From assembly GCA_029941565.1 (NCBI GenBank), contig JAPYRN010000004.1, positions 119,797 through 183,796 of the forward strand: a stretch of 64,000 nucleotides of DNA, read 5' to 3'. The translations under genes were made by a program, and so were the position numbers. The notes under the pieces were generated by a model. The model was not told the DNA's origin. It saw nothing but the letters and a program-made list of their open reading frames with translations, and searched no databases. The DNA is from Candidatus Latescibacterota bacterium. Lineage in GTDB: Bacteria; Latescibacterota; UBA2968; UBA8231. Below are positions 51,687 to 61,316 of this stretch, piece after piece; the first letter of the stretch is position 1; every line of letters begins with the position of its first letter.

Positions 51687-54600
51687 ATGAAAATGATGAG
51701 ATGGATCCTGTTCGTATTGCTGCTATCGACGATGAGTTCGTCGGCGCAGAACCTGCCCGACTACACCTGTGTGAGGGCCACGCAACCACTGGTAATCGAT
51801 GGCATCGCCGACGAATCCGCCTGGGCGTTGGCGGCGCCGATGGCGTTGGTGGATGTGCTTTCTATCGACGATCCCGTAGCCCACACCCGTCCCACGGAAG
51901 TGCGCATGCTCTGGGACGACGACAATCTATACGTGTTGTTTGTCGCCACCGATCCCGATGTCTGGTCAAATCTGTCCCAACGCGACGACCCGCTGTGGAA
52001 TGAAGAGGTCGTCGAGATTTTTTTCGATCCCACGGGGCAGGGCCAGAAGTATGGCGAGATCGAAGTCAACTCCCTCAACACCATCGTCGATCTGCTCGTG
52101 ACCCGAACGCCGGAACGGGCGTCGTTTTTCGAGTGGAGTCCCGACTTCGAGTCTGCCGTCTCGGTGGAGGGATCACGAAATGATCCTGCAGACGAAGACC
52201 GACGCTGGGTGATGGAAATCGCCATCCCCTGGGTAGCGTTGCGATCCGACCTGCTCGATATCGCCGGCAGTCAATCCCTGCCACCAGCCGAAGGGGACGT
52301 GTGGCGCTTTAACTTCTATCGGTATGAGCGTCTGCGCGAGGACGGCGTGGAGACCGAAATCGAGTACAGCGCCTGGTCACCGACGGGGGAGATCAACTTC
52401 CATATGCCGGAGCGTTTCGGCCGCGTCGTTTTCCGAGCGGCGCAGACGGCGGATGACCTCTATCCTGCCGGCTCGCTGGTGCCAACTTTTGATCTGGGAC
52501 TGCAACCGGTTGAGATCACCGTACCCGACAAGTTCAAGAATGATGTGGCGGAGGGTCTCACGCTCAACCTGCCCCCCGGTTTTTCAGCCAGTGTCTTCAC
52601 CGCTGGTCGTATGGTGAGACCGAGATTCATGGCTTTCAACGACGACGGTGTCATGCACCTGGCCGACATGAATCAGCGCGTCGTCATCGCCTTACCCGAT
52701 CGCGACAACGACGGTGTCGCCGATAGCCATATCATCGCCGCCGAGGACTTCCGTTACAATCACAGTCTCGCCTTTTACAAGGGGGATCTCTACGTCGCGG
52801 ATACGCACCAGGTGCTGCGCATGATCGATAGCGACGGCGATCTCGTCTACGAAGACCGTGAGGTGTTTATCGACAACATTCCGTCAGAGGCGTGGCACAC
52901 AACGCGCACCATCGTCTTCGACGAACGCAACGAAAAGATCTACATCGGCGTCGGTTCTCCCTGCGATCTGTGTCGACCGCAGTCACCGGTCGCCGGCGGC
53001 AGCAGCGATGCCGTGGAGCCCAATCCAGAGTGGACGAGCATCCTCGAATTCAACACCGACGGCACGGGGCGACGGATCTTCGCAACAGGAATTCGCAATG
53101 CCGTCGGACTGACCCTGCATCCCATCACCAACGAGCTGTGGGGGGACCACAATGGCCACGATATGGAAGGCCGGGCCAAACCAGCCGAGTGGATCGATAT
53201 CATCCGGGATGGCGACTTTCTGGGGTACCCCTTCGTCCACGGACACCAGATCTGGAATGATTTCAGCATTCCCCGTTATCAGCGCATGTTGCCCATCACC
53301 GCGGCGGACAGTCTGCTGGCGGCGCGGCAGAAACGACCGGTCGCCCAGGTGCCCGCCCATTATGCCCCCATGGGACTGCACTTCTATACGCACCAGCAGT
53401 TCCCAGAACGGTATATGAACCAAGCCTTTGTCGCCTTCCGCGCCGGTCAGGCGAAGCTCTCCTCCCATCCGGGTTACATGGTGGCCGCCCTGTTCAGCGA
53501 GCCAGATGGTTCCAATGCGCGCATGGCACCTTTCATCACCGGATTCCAGGCCGGCACAACGCAGGATGATGTCTGGGGTTTTCCCGTGGGCTTGATGACG
53601 GATGATGAGGGCAGTCTTTACGTGTCCTCCGATGCACGCAATCGCATGGTCCTCAAGATCACGCACAGCCCACTGAGTGGTTCCTGGGAGCACGATCTAC
53701 CCAAGACGGCTGACGTCGGCAGTTCTCTGGACCTGTCACTTACCGTGCATGTGGAACGCGTTGCCGAGGAGGGTGGTCCCGCCCGGGTCCGGGCGGACCT
53801 GAGCGAGCTGGGTGGACCCGCGGACGTGCTGCTGGAGCGTGTGGATGAGCAGACCTTCCGCCTTGACACCCAGCTCGAGCTCGACGTGCCGAGTGGTGTC
53901 TACCGCCTGCGGGCTTTCATCGAGCAGCCGCAAGGGGAGACCCCACTGTCGGTCCAGTTGTCGACGAGTATCGCCATTCTTCCCCGAGGGGATTTTATCC
54001 TGCTCGACGACGAGATCGCCGAGGGTTGGCAGACGATTAACAGCAGCGGTGCGCGGCCCCTCCGGCTCACCACCGGAGAGCCGGTCCGTACCGGTGCCGC
54101 CGCTGCCGCGATAGAAGTCGTGTCCACGGCTACGCCATGGGAGGCGTCGTTGCTGCCACAAGCACCCTTTGCCCCGGCGGGTCTGGCATCACTCTACTTC
54201 TCATTCCATCCCGGTGATCTCGATGCGACATTGGACGGGGATGGGCAGCTGTCGGTTGAGATCAACGGTAGCAGCGTCGATCTGGCGGAGTACATCGATC
54301 TGTCGTCGCGTCGCTGGCAGGACATTGAGATTCCCTTGTCGGCCTTCGATCTGCGCAGCGATCCGGTGGAGAAGATCCTTTTCACCGGTGATCTGTCTGG
54401 CACCTTCTATCTCGACGATGTGCGCTTCCGTCTGGCCCGGGACAGGTCGCCGATCAATGCCCTCTGGGAACACGACCTGGTCGATGCTGTCACCGAAGGC
54501 AACGGCCTCGATGTGGTCGCTATGGTGCACGTAACCCGCGCCGATCCTGGTGCTACTGTGCGGGTCATCGCCGATCTGAGTGGTCTGGGCGGGCCCGAGG

Positions 54601-55598
54601 CCTTGTTGTTGACCCAACTCGATGACGACAGCTACGGCCTCGACACCGATCTGAACCTGAGGGGGATACCGAATGGTGTGTATCGCATCTCGGTGCGTGT
54701 CGAACAGCTGACGCCGAGTGGTCGCCAGTGGATACGATTGGCGCACATCATCACCGTGTTGCCCCAGGATCTAGGAATTCTCGACGAGGGCCTGGCGGCG
54801 GGTTGGCAGCTGAACGGAGAACGTGGCGCCAATGTGCTCGGGGCGACGATGGACGGCCCCGTTTATAATGGTGAGGAGGCGCTGATGATCAGCGTCAAAC
54901 CGGAGAACTTCTTTACCAATTGGTCCGTCGAACTCAGGCCTCCGGAAACGATCGGACGCCTCGGTTTCGCCGGGTTCCGTTTCGCCTTTCATCCCGGCGA
55001 CACCAAGGCGCCGGCCGTGCCGTTAATGGTCTTGTACATCGGCGAACGATCCGTCGACTTGCTGCGCCCGGATCGCCCATTCATCAATCCGGAGCAGCGG
55101 TCGTGGCAGGTGGTGGAGGTCCCCTTCGAGGCTTTTGAGCAGCAGGCGAGTGTGTACACAGACGGTCTCGTCCTGCTGGTCGAAGATATCTCCTCGATCC
55201 GCCTGGAGGGCAACCTGAGTGGTACCGCTTATCTCGACGATGTGCGACTGGTGACGGGGATCCCGTCGGCACCACCGACGCAGACCGCGGTACTCGAGAC
55301 CGAGGATGAGGTGACGCCCAAAGAGTTCGCTCTCGGACCCAGTTATCCGAATCCGTTCAACGCCGAAACCGTGATCCGCCTCGTCGTGCCTCACGCAGGT
55401 CTGGCAAGATTGTCGGTATACAACCTGGCCGGTCAGCGAGTCGTCGATCTGTTGCATGACCAGTTGCGTGCGGGACCACACGAAGTACGCTGGGATGGTC
55501 GTGATGGCTCAGGCGGTATGCTGGCGTCGGGTGTCTACATGGTGCGCCTCTCCATCGGCCGTCTGGTAGCCTCCGAAAAGGTTCTGCTGCTGCAATAA
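51687..55598 (+). CDS. Modular secreted protein: CBM9-like + PQQ-type glucose/sorbosone dehydrogenase + two Ig/CBM repeats + FlgD-Ig tail
   Basis: IDGIADESAW..LWDDDNLYV..EIAIPW..FHMPERFG; LPPGFSASVF, HTTRTI, IFATGIRNAVGL, AHYAPMGL; SYPNPFN. Confidence 0.88.
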   Translation: MKMMRWILFVLLLSTMSSSAQNLPDYTCVRATQPLVIDGIADESAWALAAPMALVDVLSIDDPVAHTRPTEVRMLWDDDNLYVLFVATDPDVWSNLSQRDDPLWNEEVVEIFFDPTGQGQKYGEIEVNSLNTIVDLLVTRTPERASFFEWSPDFESAVSVEGSRNDPADEDRRWVMEIAIPWVALRSDLLDIAGSQSLPPAEGDVWRFNFYRYERLREDGVETEIEYSAWSPTGEINFHMPERFGRVVFRAAQTADDLYPAGSLVPTFDLGLQPVEITVPDKFKNDVAEGLTLNLPPGFSASVFTAGRMVRPRFMAFNDDGVMHLADMNQRVVIALPDRDNDGVADSHIIAAEDFRYNHSLAFYKGDLYVADTHQVLRMIDSDGDLVYEDREVFIDNIPSEAWHTTRTIVFDERNEKIYIGVGSPCDLCRPQSPVAGGSSDAVEPNPEWTSILEFNTDGTGRRIFATGIRNAVGLTLHPITNELWGDHNGHDMEGRAKPAEWIDIIRDGDFLGYPFVHGHQIWNDFSIPRYQRMLPITAADSLLAARQKRPVAQVPAHYAPMGLHFYTHQQFPERYMNQAFVAFRAGQAKLSSHPGYMVAALFSEPDGSNARMAPFITGFQAGTTQDDVWGFPVGLMTDDEGSLYVSSDARNRMVLKITHSPLSGSWEHDLPKTADVGSSLDLSLTVHVERVAEEGGPARVRADLSELGGPADVLLERVDEQTFRLDTQLELDVPSGVYRLRAFIEQPQGETPLSVQLSTSIAILPRGDFILLDDEIAEGWQTINSSGARPLRLTTGEPVRTGAAAAAIEVVSTATPWEASLLPQAPFAPAGLASLYFSFHPGDLDATLDGDGQLSVEINGSSVDLAEYIDLSSRRWQDIEIPLSAFDLRSDPVEKILFTGDLSGTFYLDDVRFRLARDRSPINALWEHDLVDAVTEGNGLDVVAMVHVTRADPGATVRVIADLSGLGGPEALLLTQLDDDSYGLDTDLNLRGIPNGVYRISVRVEQLTPSGRQWIRLAHIITVLPQDLGILDEGLAAGWQLNGERGANVLGATMDGPVYNGEEALMISVKPENFFTNWSVELRPPETIGRLGFAGFRFAFHPGDTKAPAVPLMVLYIGERSVDLLRPDRPFINPEQRSWQVVEVPFEAFEQQASVYTDGLVLLVEDISSIRLEGNLSGTAYLDDVRLVTGIPSAPPTQTAVLETEDEVTPKEFALGPSYPNPFNAETVIRLVVPHAGLARLSVYNLAGQRVVDLLHDQLRAGPHEVRWDGRDGSGGMLASGVYMVRLSIGRLVASEKVLLLQ
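53667..55255 (+). repeat. Tandem ~780-bp domain duplication inside the dehydrogenase gene (recognised at protein level)
   Basis: SPLSGSWEHDL..RVRADLSELGGP..GVYR..FHPGD..LSGTFYLDDVR versus SPINALWEHDL..RVIADLSGLGGP..GVYR..FHPGD..LSGTAYLDDVR. Confidence 0.8.
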
Positions 55599-55614
55599 AA
55601 GGCGCACTCGAAGG

Positions 55615-57987
55615 TCATTCCTCGACATCCGCCAGACGCACCTGGGCCCATTGCAGGACGTGGCCATTGCGCAGGGCCTTGGCGACCTCCTTGGTGATCG
55701 TTCGGTTGCCGTAGTCGAAGACACGTTGTTCAGCCGTCGGCGGCATGCGCATCTGCAGATATTCCCGTCCCTTCTGCAAGTAGTCGGATTGTTGTTCAAC
55801 CACCGCCAGATACCCCCAGTAGTCACTGAAGAAACTGCCCAGTTCCCGCCCGAACTGCCACCGACCTCGGTCGGCGTCGTCGACCTCGCTCACGGCAGCT
55901 TCGATGTATTCCAAAATCTCCGGATCCTGAGTCCAGCGGTGCAGACCGATCAGTCCGTGCGTGCAGTAGAACATCTGCAGACCATACTCGCCTGCGCCGA
56001 ATCCGGGACCGTCTCGCCGCCATCGTGGTTTGAGGTGTTTGTTCCAGCAGACCAGGGCCCAGTCGAGGTATTTGATGTCCCCCGTCAACTCGTAGGCAGT
56101 GACGAGATTGAGGATCGACCAGCCGCTTGCGCGTGGTTGCTGGTCGATGCCGGTCTGACCTGAGATCAGCCTTTCGATCAGACGTGGATAGATGCCGACG
56201 TCGCAGTTGCGCAATGCCGCCTCTCTGGCCATGGGATCGCCGGTGAGCAGGTGGTAGAAGACGAGTCCGGCGATCCAGTTGTGCGTCGGGATGGGGGAGG
56301 TATGGCCATCCTGGTTGCCACCGTGAATGTCCGCCTGGTTCATCTCGAAGGCACTCAGACCGCGATAGGAGTTGTGGTCACGATCGGACCAGCGCTGATC
56401 GACATCCATGCGGTGACGGGCCATTTCGTCACCCACATCGAAGAAGAAACGATCCCGCAGTCTGACGTAGTCGAGCATGGCGATCCAGGTCCAGTCGTAG
56501 TGCAGCGAACTGGGTCCGCGGCCACGGGCACTGTCCCAGTTGAGGTCGCCGAAGTCCATCCAGCCGAACCAGTATCCATGCCGGGGACGACGGCGGGCTT
56601 CGTGGATCGAGGCACGTGCCTGCGGGTCGAATACATTGCGCGCCCACTCGTCATGCCAGGAGAATGTCTCAGCTTCTTCGGCAAAAAGACCGAAGGCTTC
56701 GGTCGCTGCAAAGTGACGGGCACTGGCCATCGCCATCAGGGGTTGGTCGAGGGTGGCCGCACTCTGAGCCACGGACAACCCGGAGCGCAGATCCAACAGG
56801 ATTTCGTAGGACTTCTGCGTGCCCCCGGGCAGATGATAGGTGGAGGCCTGCCGCGGCCCTTCGTCACTGGCACCGCGACTGCTGCCGGTGCGGGGCCACT
56901 CGCCGAAGCGTGGCCACAACCACAAGGACAGCCGCCGATCCTGCAGCTCGATCTGTTTCTCGTAGTTCTGCCAGAAATTGCGCACCGCCACGGTGAGCGT
57001 TGTCTGGCCAGTGCGGACCCGGGTGACGCCATCGGTATGGTGGCCGGCCAGAAGCTGCTCCCCATTGCGCTCTATGGCGAAGCGCATGGACTCGTAGTCG
57101 GGATCCTCCCCGTATTGGGCAACCCGCCACACATCGTCGGCTCCCACACCACTGTCGACACCCTCGCAGAGAACGTGCGCCGTCTCGTTCTGCAAAAGCG
57201 GTTGCAGATCGAGATCGATGGCGGCGCCGTCGAAGGGGAACCATTCGTCCTGCCCCTGTGGCAGGTTGTAGCCGTAGGCACCCGTGTTGCGCAACCAGAA
57301 ACGGATCTTCACCAGGGGTTGGCCGGCGTACACCGTAATGGAGCAGATGTACTGCAGCCGATTCTCGGTGCGGGTGGAGAAGCGGCCCTCGACCCAGATC
57401 ACGGAGCGCAAGGGGCCCTGTTCTTCGATACGGATGACGTCCGGTGGTGGCGCCGCGCTGGATCCATCATTCCCATCGGCGGGGAACAGGCGGACGGTGG
57501 ATCTCTGCCCCAGGATCGATGTTTCACCCAAGGTGAGACCGGAGAGAAGGCCGAACCGTTCCCTTGAGATCGACAGCGAGATGACGCCGTTGGTGACGTC
57601 GATCTGTCCGTTCGCATCCGTGACCTGTACGGGATTCGCAGGAAGGACGCCCTCGCCGTCATCGCTGAGGGTATAAGCGGCGCGTTCATCAGCGTCGACA
57701 TCGGCCTGGAAATCGACGAGGACCCACTTGCTGCTGCCGTCAGGCCACTCGCTGAGCAGACGAAATTGTGCCGGCACAGGATCACCGGCTGCTGTGCGCA
57801 GGCGCAATCGCGCGAGATCTTTGAGGCTACCCCGGTGTATGGGAACTCCGGTGGTAACCGGCTCGGACCGACGATCCACGCCGGCGGTCTCGTCGATGTA
57901 GAGGGGTATTTCCATTGCCTGTATCGCATCTGAACAGATTGGAGAAAGGGCCAACAACAGGGCCCAAAAGATTCGATCTTTCGTCAT
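55615..57987 (-). CDS. Secreted protein resembling exo-rhamnogalacturonan lyase (PL26/YetA, RIFT-barrel) family
   Basis: EPVTTGVPI..PAQFR..WPDGSSKWVLVDF, IEEQGPLR, RNFWQNYEK, GWMDFGD, YHLLTGD, AYELTGD. Confidence 0.7.
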   Translation of the reverse strand: MTKDRIFWALLLALSPICSDAIQAMEIPLYIDETAGVDRRSEPVTTGVPIHRGSLKDLARLRLRTAAGDPVPAQFRLLSEWPDGSSKWVLVDFQADVDADERAAYTLSDDGEGVLPANPVQVTDANGQIDVTNGVISLSISRERFGLLSGLTLGETSILGQRSTVRLFPADGNDGSSAAPPPDVIRIEEQGPLRSVIWVEGRFSTRTENRLQYICSITVYAGQPLVKIRFWLRNTGAYGYNLPQGQDEWFPFDGAAIDLDLQPLLQNETAHVLCEGVDSGVGADDVWRVAQYGEDPDYESMRFAIERNGEQLLAGHHTDGVTRVRTGQTTLTVAVRNFWQNYEKQIELQDRRLSLWLWPRFGEWPRTGSSRGASDEGPRQASTYHLPGGTQKSYEILLDLRSGLSVAQSAATLDQPLMAMASARHFAATEAFGLFAEEAETFSWHDEWARNVFDPQARASIHEARRRPRHGYWFGWMDFGDLNWDSARGRGPSSLHYDWTWIAMLDYVRLRDRFFFDVGDEMARHRMDVDQRWSDRDHNSYRGLSAFEMNQADIHGGNQDGHTSPIPTHNWIAGLVFYHLLTGDPMAREAALRNCDVGIYPRLIERLISGQTGIDQQPRASGWSILNLVTAYELTGDIKYLDWALVCWNKHLKPRWRRDGPGFGAGEYGLQMFYCTHGLIGLHRWTQDPEILEYIEAAVSEVDDADRGRWQFGRELGSFFSDYWGYLAVVEQQSDYLQKGREYLQMRMPPTAEQRVFDYGNRTITKEVAKALRNGHVLQWAQVRLADVEE

Positions 57988-58116
57988 ATCACCTCACTCC
58001 CATTCCCGTCTTGACCAATCACCCACAAGCCTGCTTACTGTTGTAACGTGCCTGAATCTGTGGGCAACGCAACTGAACGGAAGCCACAGACCACGTCAGC
58101 AACCACAAGGAGCGTG

Positions 58117-59499
58117 ATGACGACCGATGTTCTCCCGGAACAACTCGGCTGTAAACTGACGATCGAGAACCAGGTCGACAGCAGCACAATCGCCAGCATC
58201 GTCGGTGACGTGCTCGCTCACCTACCGGAACAGGCGGACACCGAGACTCGTGTGCTGGCACTCTATCACTGGGTGCGAGAAATCCTCTTCGTCTATCCCA
58301 GTTGCCCCGACGATCTCTGCGAACACTTCAACAATGCGCTGCGGCTCATCAACTGGTGGGGTTGTGGTCTCTGCGGCACGCAGAGCAAAGTTTTCGGGCT
58401 GCTCGTCGCTCATGCCCTGGGGCGTGAACACGTGCGACTCGTGGGCACCCACGAGAGGGAGGTCGGTGACTGGAAGATGCGGCAGCGTGGCTACCTGGCC
58501 TTCAAATGGTCGGGTCTGGCCAAGGACAACGACCCGGACACACCGGATGGGCACTCGACGCTCGAGATCTTCTGGGACGGCGCCTGGCATCTGCTCGACG
58601 TTATGGTCGGTTTCTATCGACGCCGGCAAGACGGCACCATCGCCTCGCTGCAGGACCTGCTCGACGATCCAGCCCTTGCCGCACAACCCGTCGGCGATCC
58701 GGAGGGGGACATGCCCTTCGGGGACGAACGGGAGATCTTCACCTCGACGAGCATCTCCTACAGTTCCGTCACCTTCAACAACTGGCCCGGGGAGGGTTTG
58801 CCCCTCACTCTGCGTCCCGGCGAGTCTTTCACCTGGCTGGCAAAACCTGTAGAGGGCGCTTACTACCTGCACGAGAAAATCCGTGAGCGTTTCGGCAGCC
58901 AGACTCTGGCTCCAGGTCCGCAGGGTCATCGCCCTGACCGTTCACCCCGTCGCTATGGCAGCGGTCGACACCGGTGGGTGACAACCCTGGAACCGACCAA
59001 AGACGATCCCTTCTGGTGCGCGGAGACTGGCGACTGGCACCTGCGGGTCGAGCTGCCCTATCCGATCCTCGCCATCGAGTGGTGCATGGAAAAGGGGGCT
59101 ACCGGTCTCCTGCTCCCCCACGCCGAGCAGGATGCCCGACTGCTGCCGATCCAGGCGGTTGGTAAACTGTCCACGTCGCCAGATCGCCCCCCGAGTCGCG
59201 CCTACCGAATCATCCTTCGCAGTCCCGGCCGGCAGCTGGCGACCGGCCCTCGACCGCTCGTCGTCGAGTTGACATCCATCGTGCAACTGAACCCACAGGT
59301 GGTGCCCCATCTGCAACGGGGCAGCAACCGCATCCGACTGCACGGTTCCCCCGGACAAGATCTGCAGGCCCGGTTTCGATATCGCGTTGACGATGCATGG
59401 CACGAGGCTGGCTGCCAGGGGGTGGGTGCACACGAACTGGTCGTCGACGGCGAAGCGGAATCACAACAACTGACACTAAGCAATGGAGAGCCATCATGA
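58117..59499 (+). CDS. Transglutaminase-like (Cys-His-Asp) hypothetical protein
   Basis: AAGGAG RBS; GCGLCGTQS, GHSTLEIFWDGAWHLLD. Confidence 0.65.
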   Translation: MTTDVLPEQLGCKLTIENQVDSSTIASIVGDVLAHLPEQADTETRVLALYHWVREILFVYPSCPDDLCEHFNNALRLINWWGCGLCGTQSKVFGLLVAHALGREHVRLVGTHEREVGDWKMRQRGYLAFKWSGLAKDNDPDTPDGHSTLEIFWDGAWHLLDVMVGFYRRRQDGTIASLQDLLDDPALAAQPVGDPEGDMPFGDEREIFTSTSISYSSVTFNNWPGEGLPLTLRPGESFTWLAKPVEGAYYLHEKIRERFGSQTLAPGPQGHRPDRSPRRYGSGRHRWVTTLEPTKDDPFWCAETGDWHLRVELPYPILAIEWCMEKGATGLLLPHAEQDARLLPIQAVGKLSTSPDRPPSRAYRIILRSPGRQLATGPRPLVVELTSIVQLNPQVVPHLQRGSNRIRLHGSPGQDLQARFRYRVDDAWHEAGCQGVGAHELVVDGEAESQQLTLSNGEPS

Positions 59500-61316
59500 C
59501 CGATGACGCCGCGCCCCCGGTCTGGGCAATTGGCGAGTCCTTCCGCGTCGATCCACTCACCGGTTTGGCGCGAGAGGAGCAGAGACTCGGCGGCAGTCCG
59601 TTGCCAGAAGATCTGCACTATCAGCGCCGCAGCCTGCTATGGGACGCAGAGGCGGGACGGATTTCGCTGCAGTCGGCGCGCAACGAAGTCGTCGCCTACC
59701 AGTTACAGATCGCCGGTCCAGCGCGTGACGTGTCGGTGGTTGTTGGCGACTTGACCGGTCCTGCCACGATTCGTGCGGTGCAGGACATCGAGGTGTTGAA
59801 AGAGTGGTATACGAATGTGACAGAGAACTCCACGAGCCAGGGTTCAACGACCGCCGCCTGGCACCACGGTACCGGCTGGTATCCCGACGCGCTGATCCCC
59901 GTGGACGCCCTCGACGGTGCCGGCCAGCCATTTGACATTCCGGACCGCGACAACGCAGTGCCAGAACAACTGTGGCAGGGCGTGTGGATCGATATCTATG
60001 TGCCCCGGGATGCGCCTGCCGGAAGCTATTCGGGCACTGTCACTGTCACAGGGCAGGATCTGCAGCAGTCCCTCAAGGTGGAATTGCAGGTGCACGATGT
60101 GACCTTGTCGGATGACTTCACCTGTGAGGTGGGGTTGAACAACTATGTGACGATCGGCAAGAAGGGCAGTGACCTGCGGCTGAAATATTACCAGATGGCG
60201 CATCGGCATCGCATGGCGATCCATGAACATTACATCCAGACCGAGACAACTGGAACCGGCGCCGATATGCGCGGTGTGTGGGATACCTACGATGCCGAGA
60301 TGGGCAAATATCTCACGGGTGAGGCCTTTACTGCCGAGCACGGCTACCGCGGACCGGGCGAGGGCAGACCACTGCGTTGGATCTACCTGCCCGTAGAGAT
60401 CCTTTCTGGCTTCGCCTGGCCCATGCCCCCGGAGAAGGTCAAGGATCCCGAATACGACGAAGCCGTGGTGGCGATGACGCGTGACTTTGCCGCCCACTTC
60501 AAGGCCAAGGGTTGGACGTCAACGGACATGATGTTCTTTGTCAATGGTCTCGATGAACCGACCAAGCTGGAACAGGTGGAGGACATCCGCTACTTCGGCG
60601 ATCTGTGCCAACGGGCGGCAGGCGAGCGGGTCCATTATCGTGCCGATCTCAACCACCTGCATGACATCGATCGCTACGACTTCGACTACACCGAACAGAA
60701 GCTGCTCGACAAACTCGGACCCGTCATCGACCTGTGGGTCTGTGTCGGCGACTTCAAACGAACGAACTTTTCCGTCCTATTGCCTCGTCGCCAGCCACCG
60801 GACAACGACGTGGTCTGGTTCTACCAGAATCGCGAGCCCTCCGTCGGTGGCTACACCCTCGACGACGAGACCATCGGCCTGCGCACGTGGCCGGTGATCA
60901 CCTGGAAGTACGGGCTGGATGGCTGTGTATTGTGGGAGCTCACCTTCGTCGGTGCATCGAAGGACATCTGGCGCGATCCGCGCAACAGCGTCGACAGAGA
61001 GCTGGTGCACAATCTGGCGGGCCAGTTGGCGTACCCGGCCCGCGACGGCATCGAGGAACCCGTCACCAGCATCCGCATGAAGAACTTCCGCCGCGGTGCG
61101 CAGGATTTCGAGTATCTGCGCATTCTCGAAGCGGTTGCCGGGCGCGCCGCTGCTGAGGCGATTCTCGATCCGCTGGTACCGAGTGCACTGCATCGTCCTG
61201 AGCGGGAGTATGGGGCCCAGGGCACATGGTCACACAATCCCGAAGACTGGCACCGCATGCGTCTCGATCTGCTGGCGGCGATCGAGGCGGCCAGCTTGAA
61301 CCACCGCGAGAACTAG
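59496..61316 (+). CDS. DUF4091/GH123-like glycoside hydrolase-fold protein
   Basis: ATGA overlap; ARNEVVAYQL, WYPDALIP, VWIDIYVPRDAPAGSYSG, LDEP, LAYP..SIRMKNFRRGAQDFEYL. Confidence 0.8.
   Translation: MTDDAAPPVWAIGESFRVDPLTGLAREEQRLGGSPLPEDLHYQRRSLLWDAEAGRISLQSARNEVVAYQLQIAGPARDVSVVVGDLTGPATIRAVQDIEVLKEWYTNVTENSTSQGSTTAAWHHGTGWYPDALIPVDALDGAGQPFDIPDRDNAVPEQLWQGVWIDIYVPRDAPAGSYSGTVTVTGQDLQQSLKVELQVHDVTLSDDFTCEVGLNNYVTIGKKGSDLRLKYYQMAHRHRMAIHEHYIQTETTGTGADMRGVWDTYDAEMGKYLTGEAFTAEHGYRGPGEGRPLRWIYLPVEILSGFAWPMPPEKVKDPEYDEAVVAMTRDFAAHFKAKGWTSTDMMFFVNGLDEPTKLEQVEDIRYFGDLCQRAAGERVHYRADLNHLHDIDRYDFDYTEQKLLDKLGPVIDLWVCVGDFKRTNFSVLLPRRQPPDNDVVWFYQNREPSVGGYTLDDETIGLRTWPVITWKYGLDGCVLWELTFVGASKDIWRDPRNSVDRELVHNLAGQLAYPARDGIEEPVTSIRMKNFRRGAQDFEYLRILEAVAGRAAAEAILDPLVPSALHRPEREYGAQGTWSHNPEDWHRMRLDLLAAIEAASLNHREN
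59690..59764 (+). repeat. 75-bp dispersed repeat, copy B (inside intact gene)
   Basis: 69/75 identical to 14762-14836. Confidence 0.95.

Noticed and set aside
14762..59764. 75-bp repeat pair as a diversity-generating retroelement TR/VR
   Set aside because: Mismatches are not adenine-specific on either strand, most are synonymous, and no reverse transcriptase is present.
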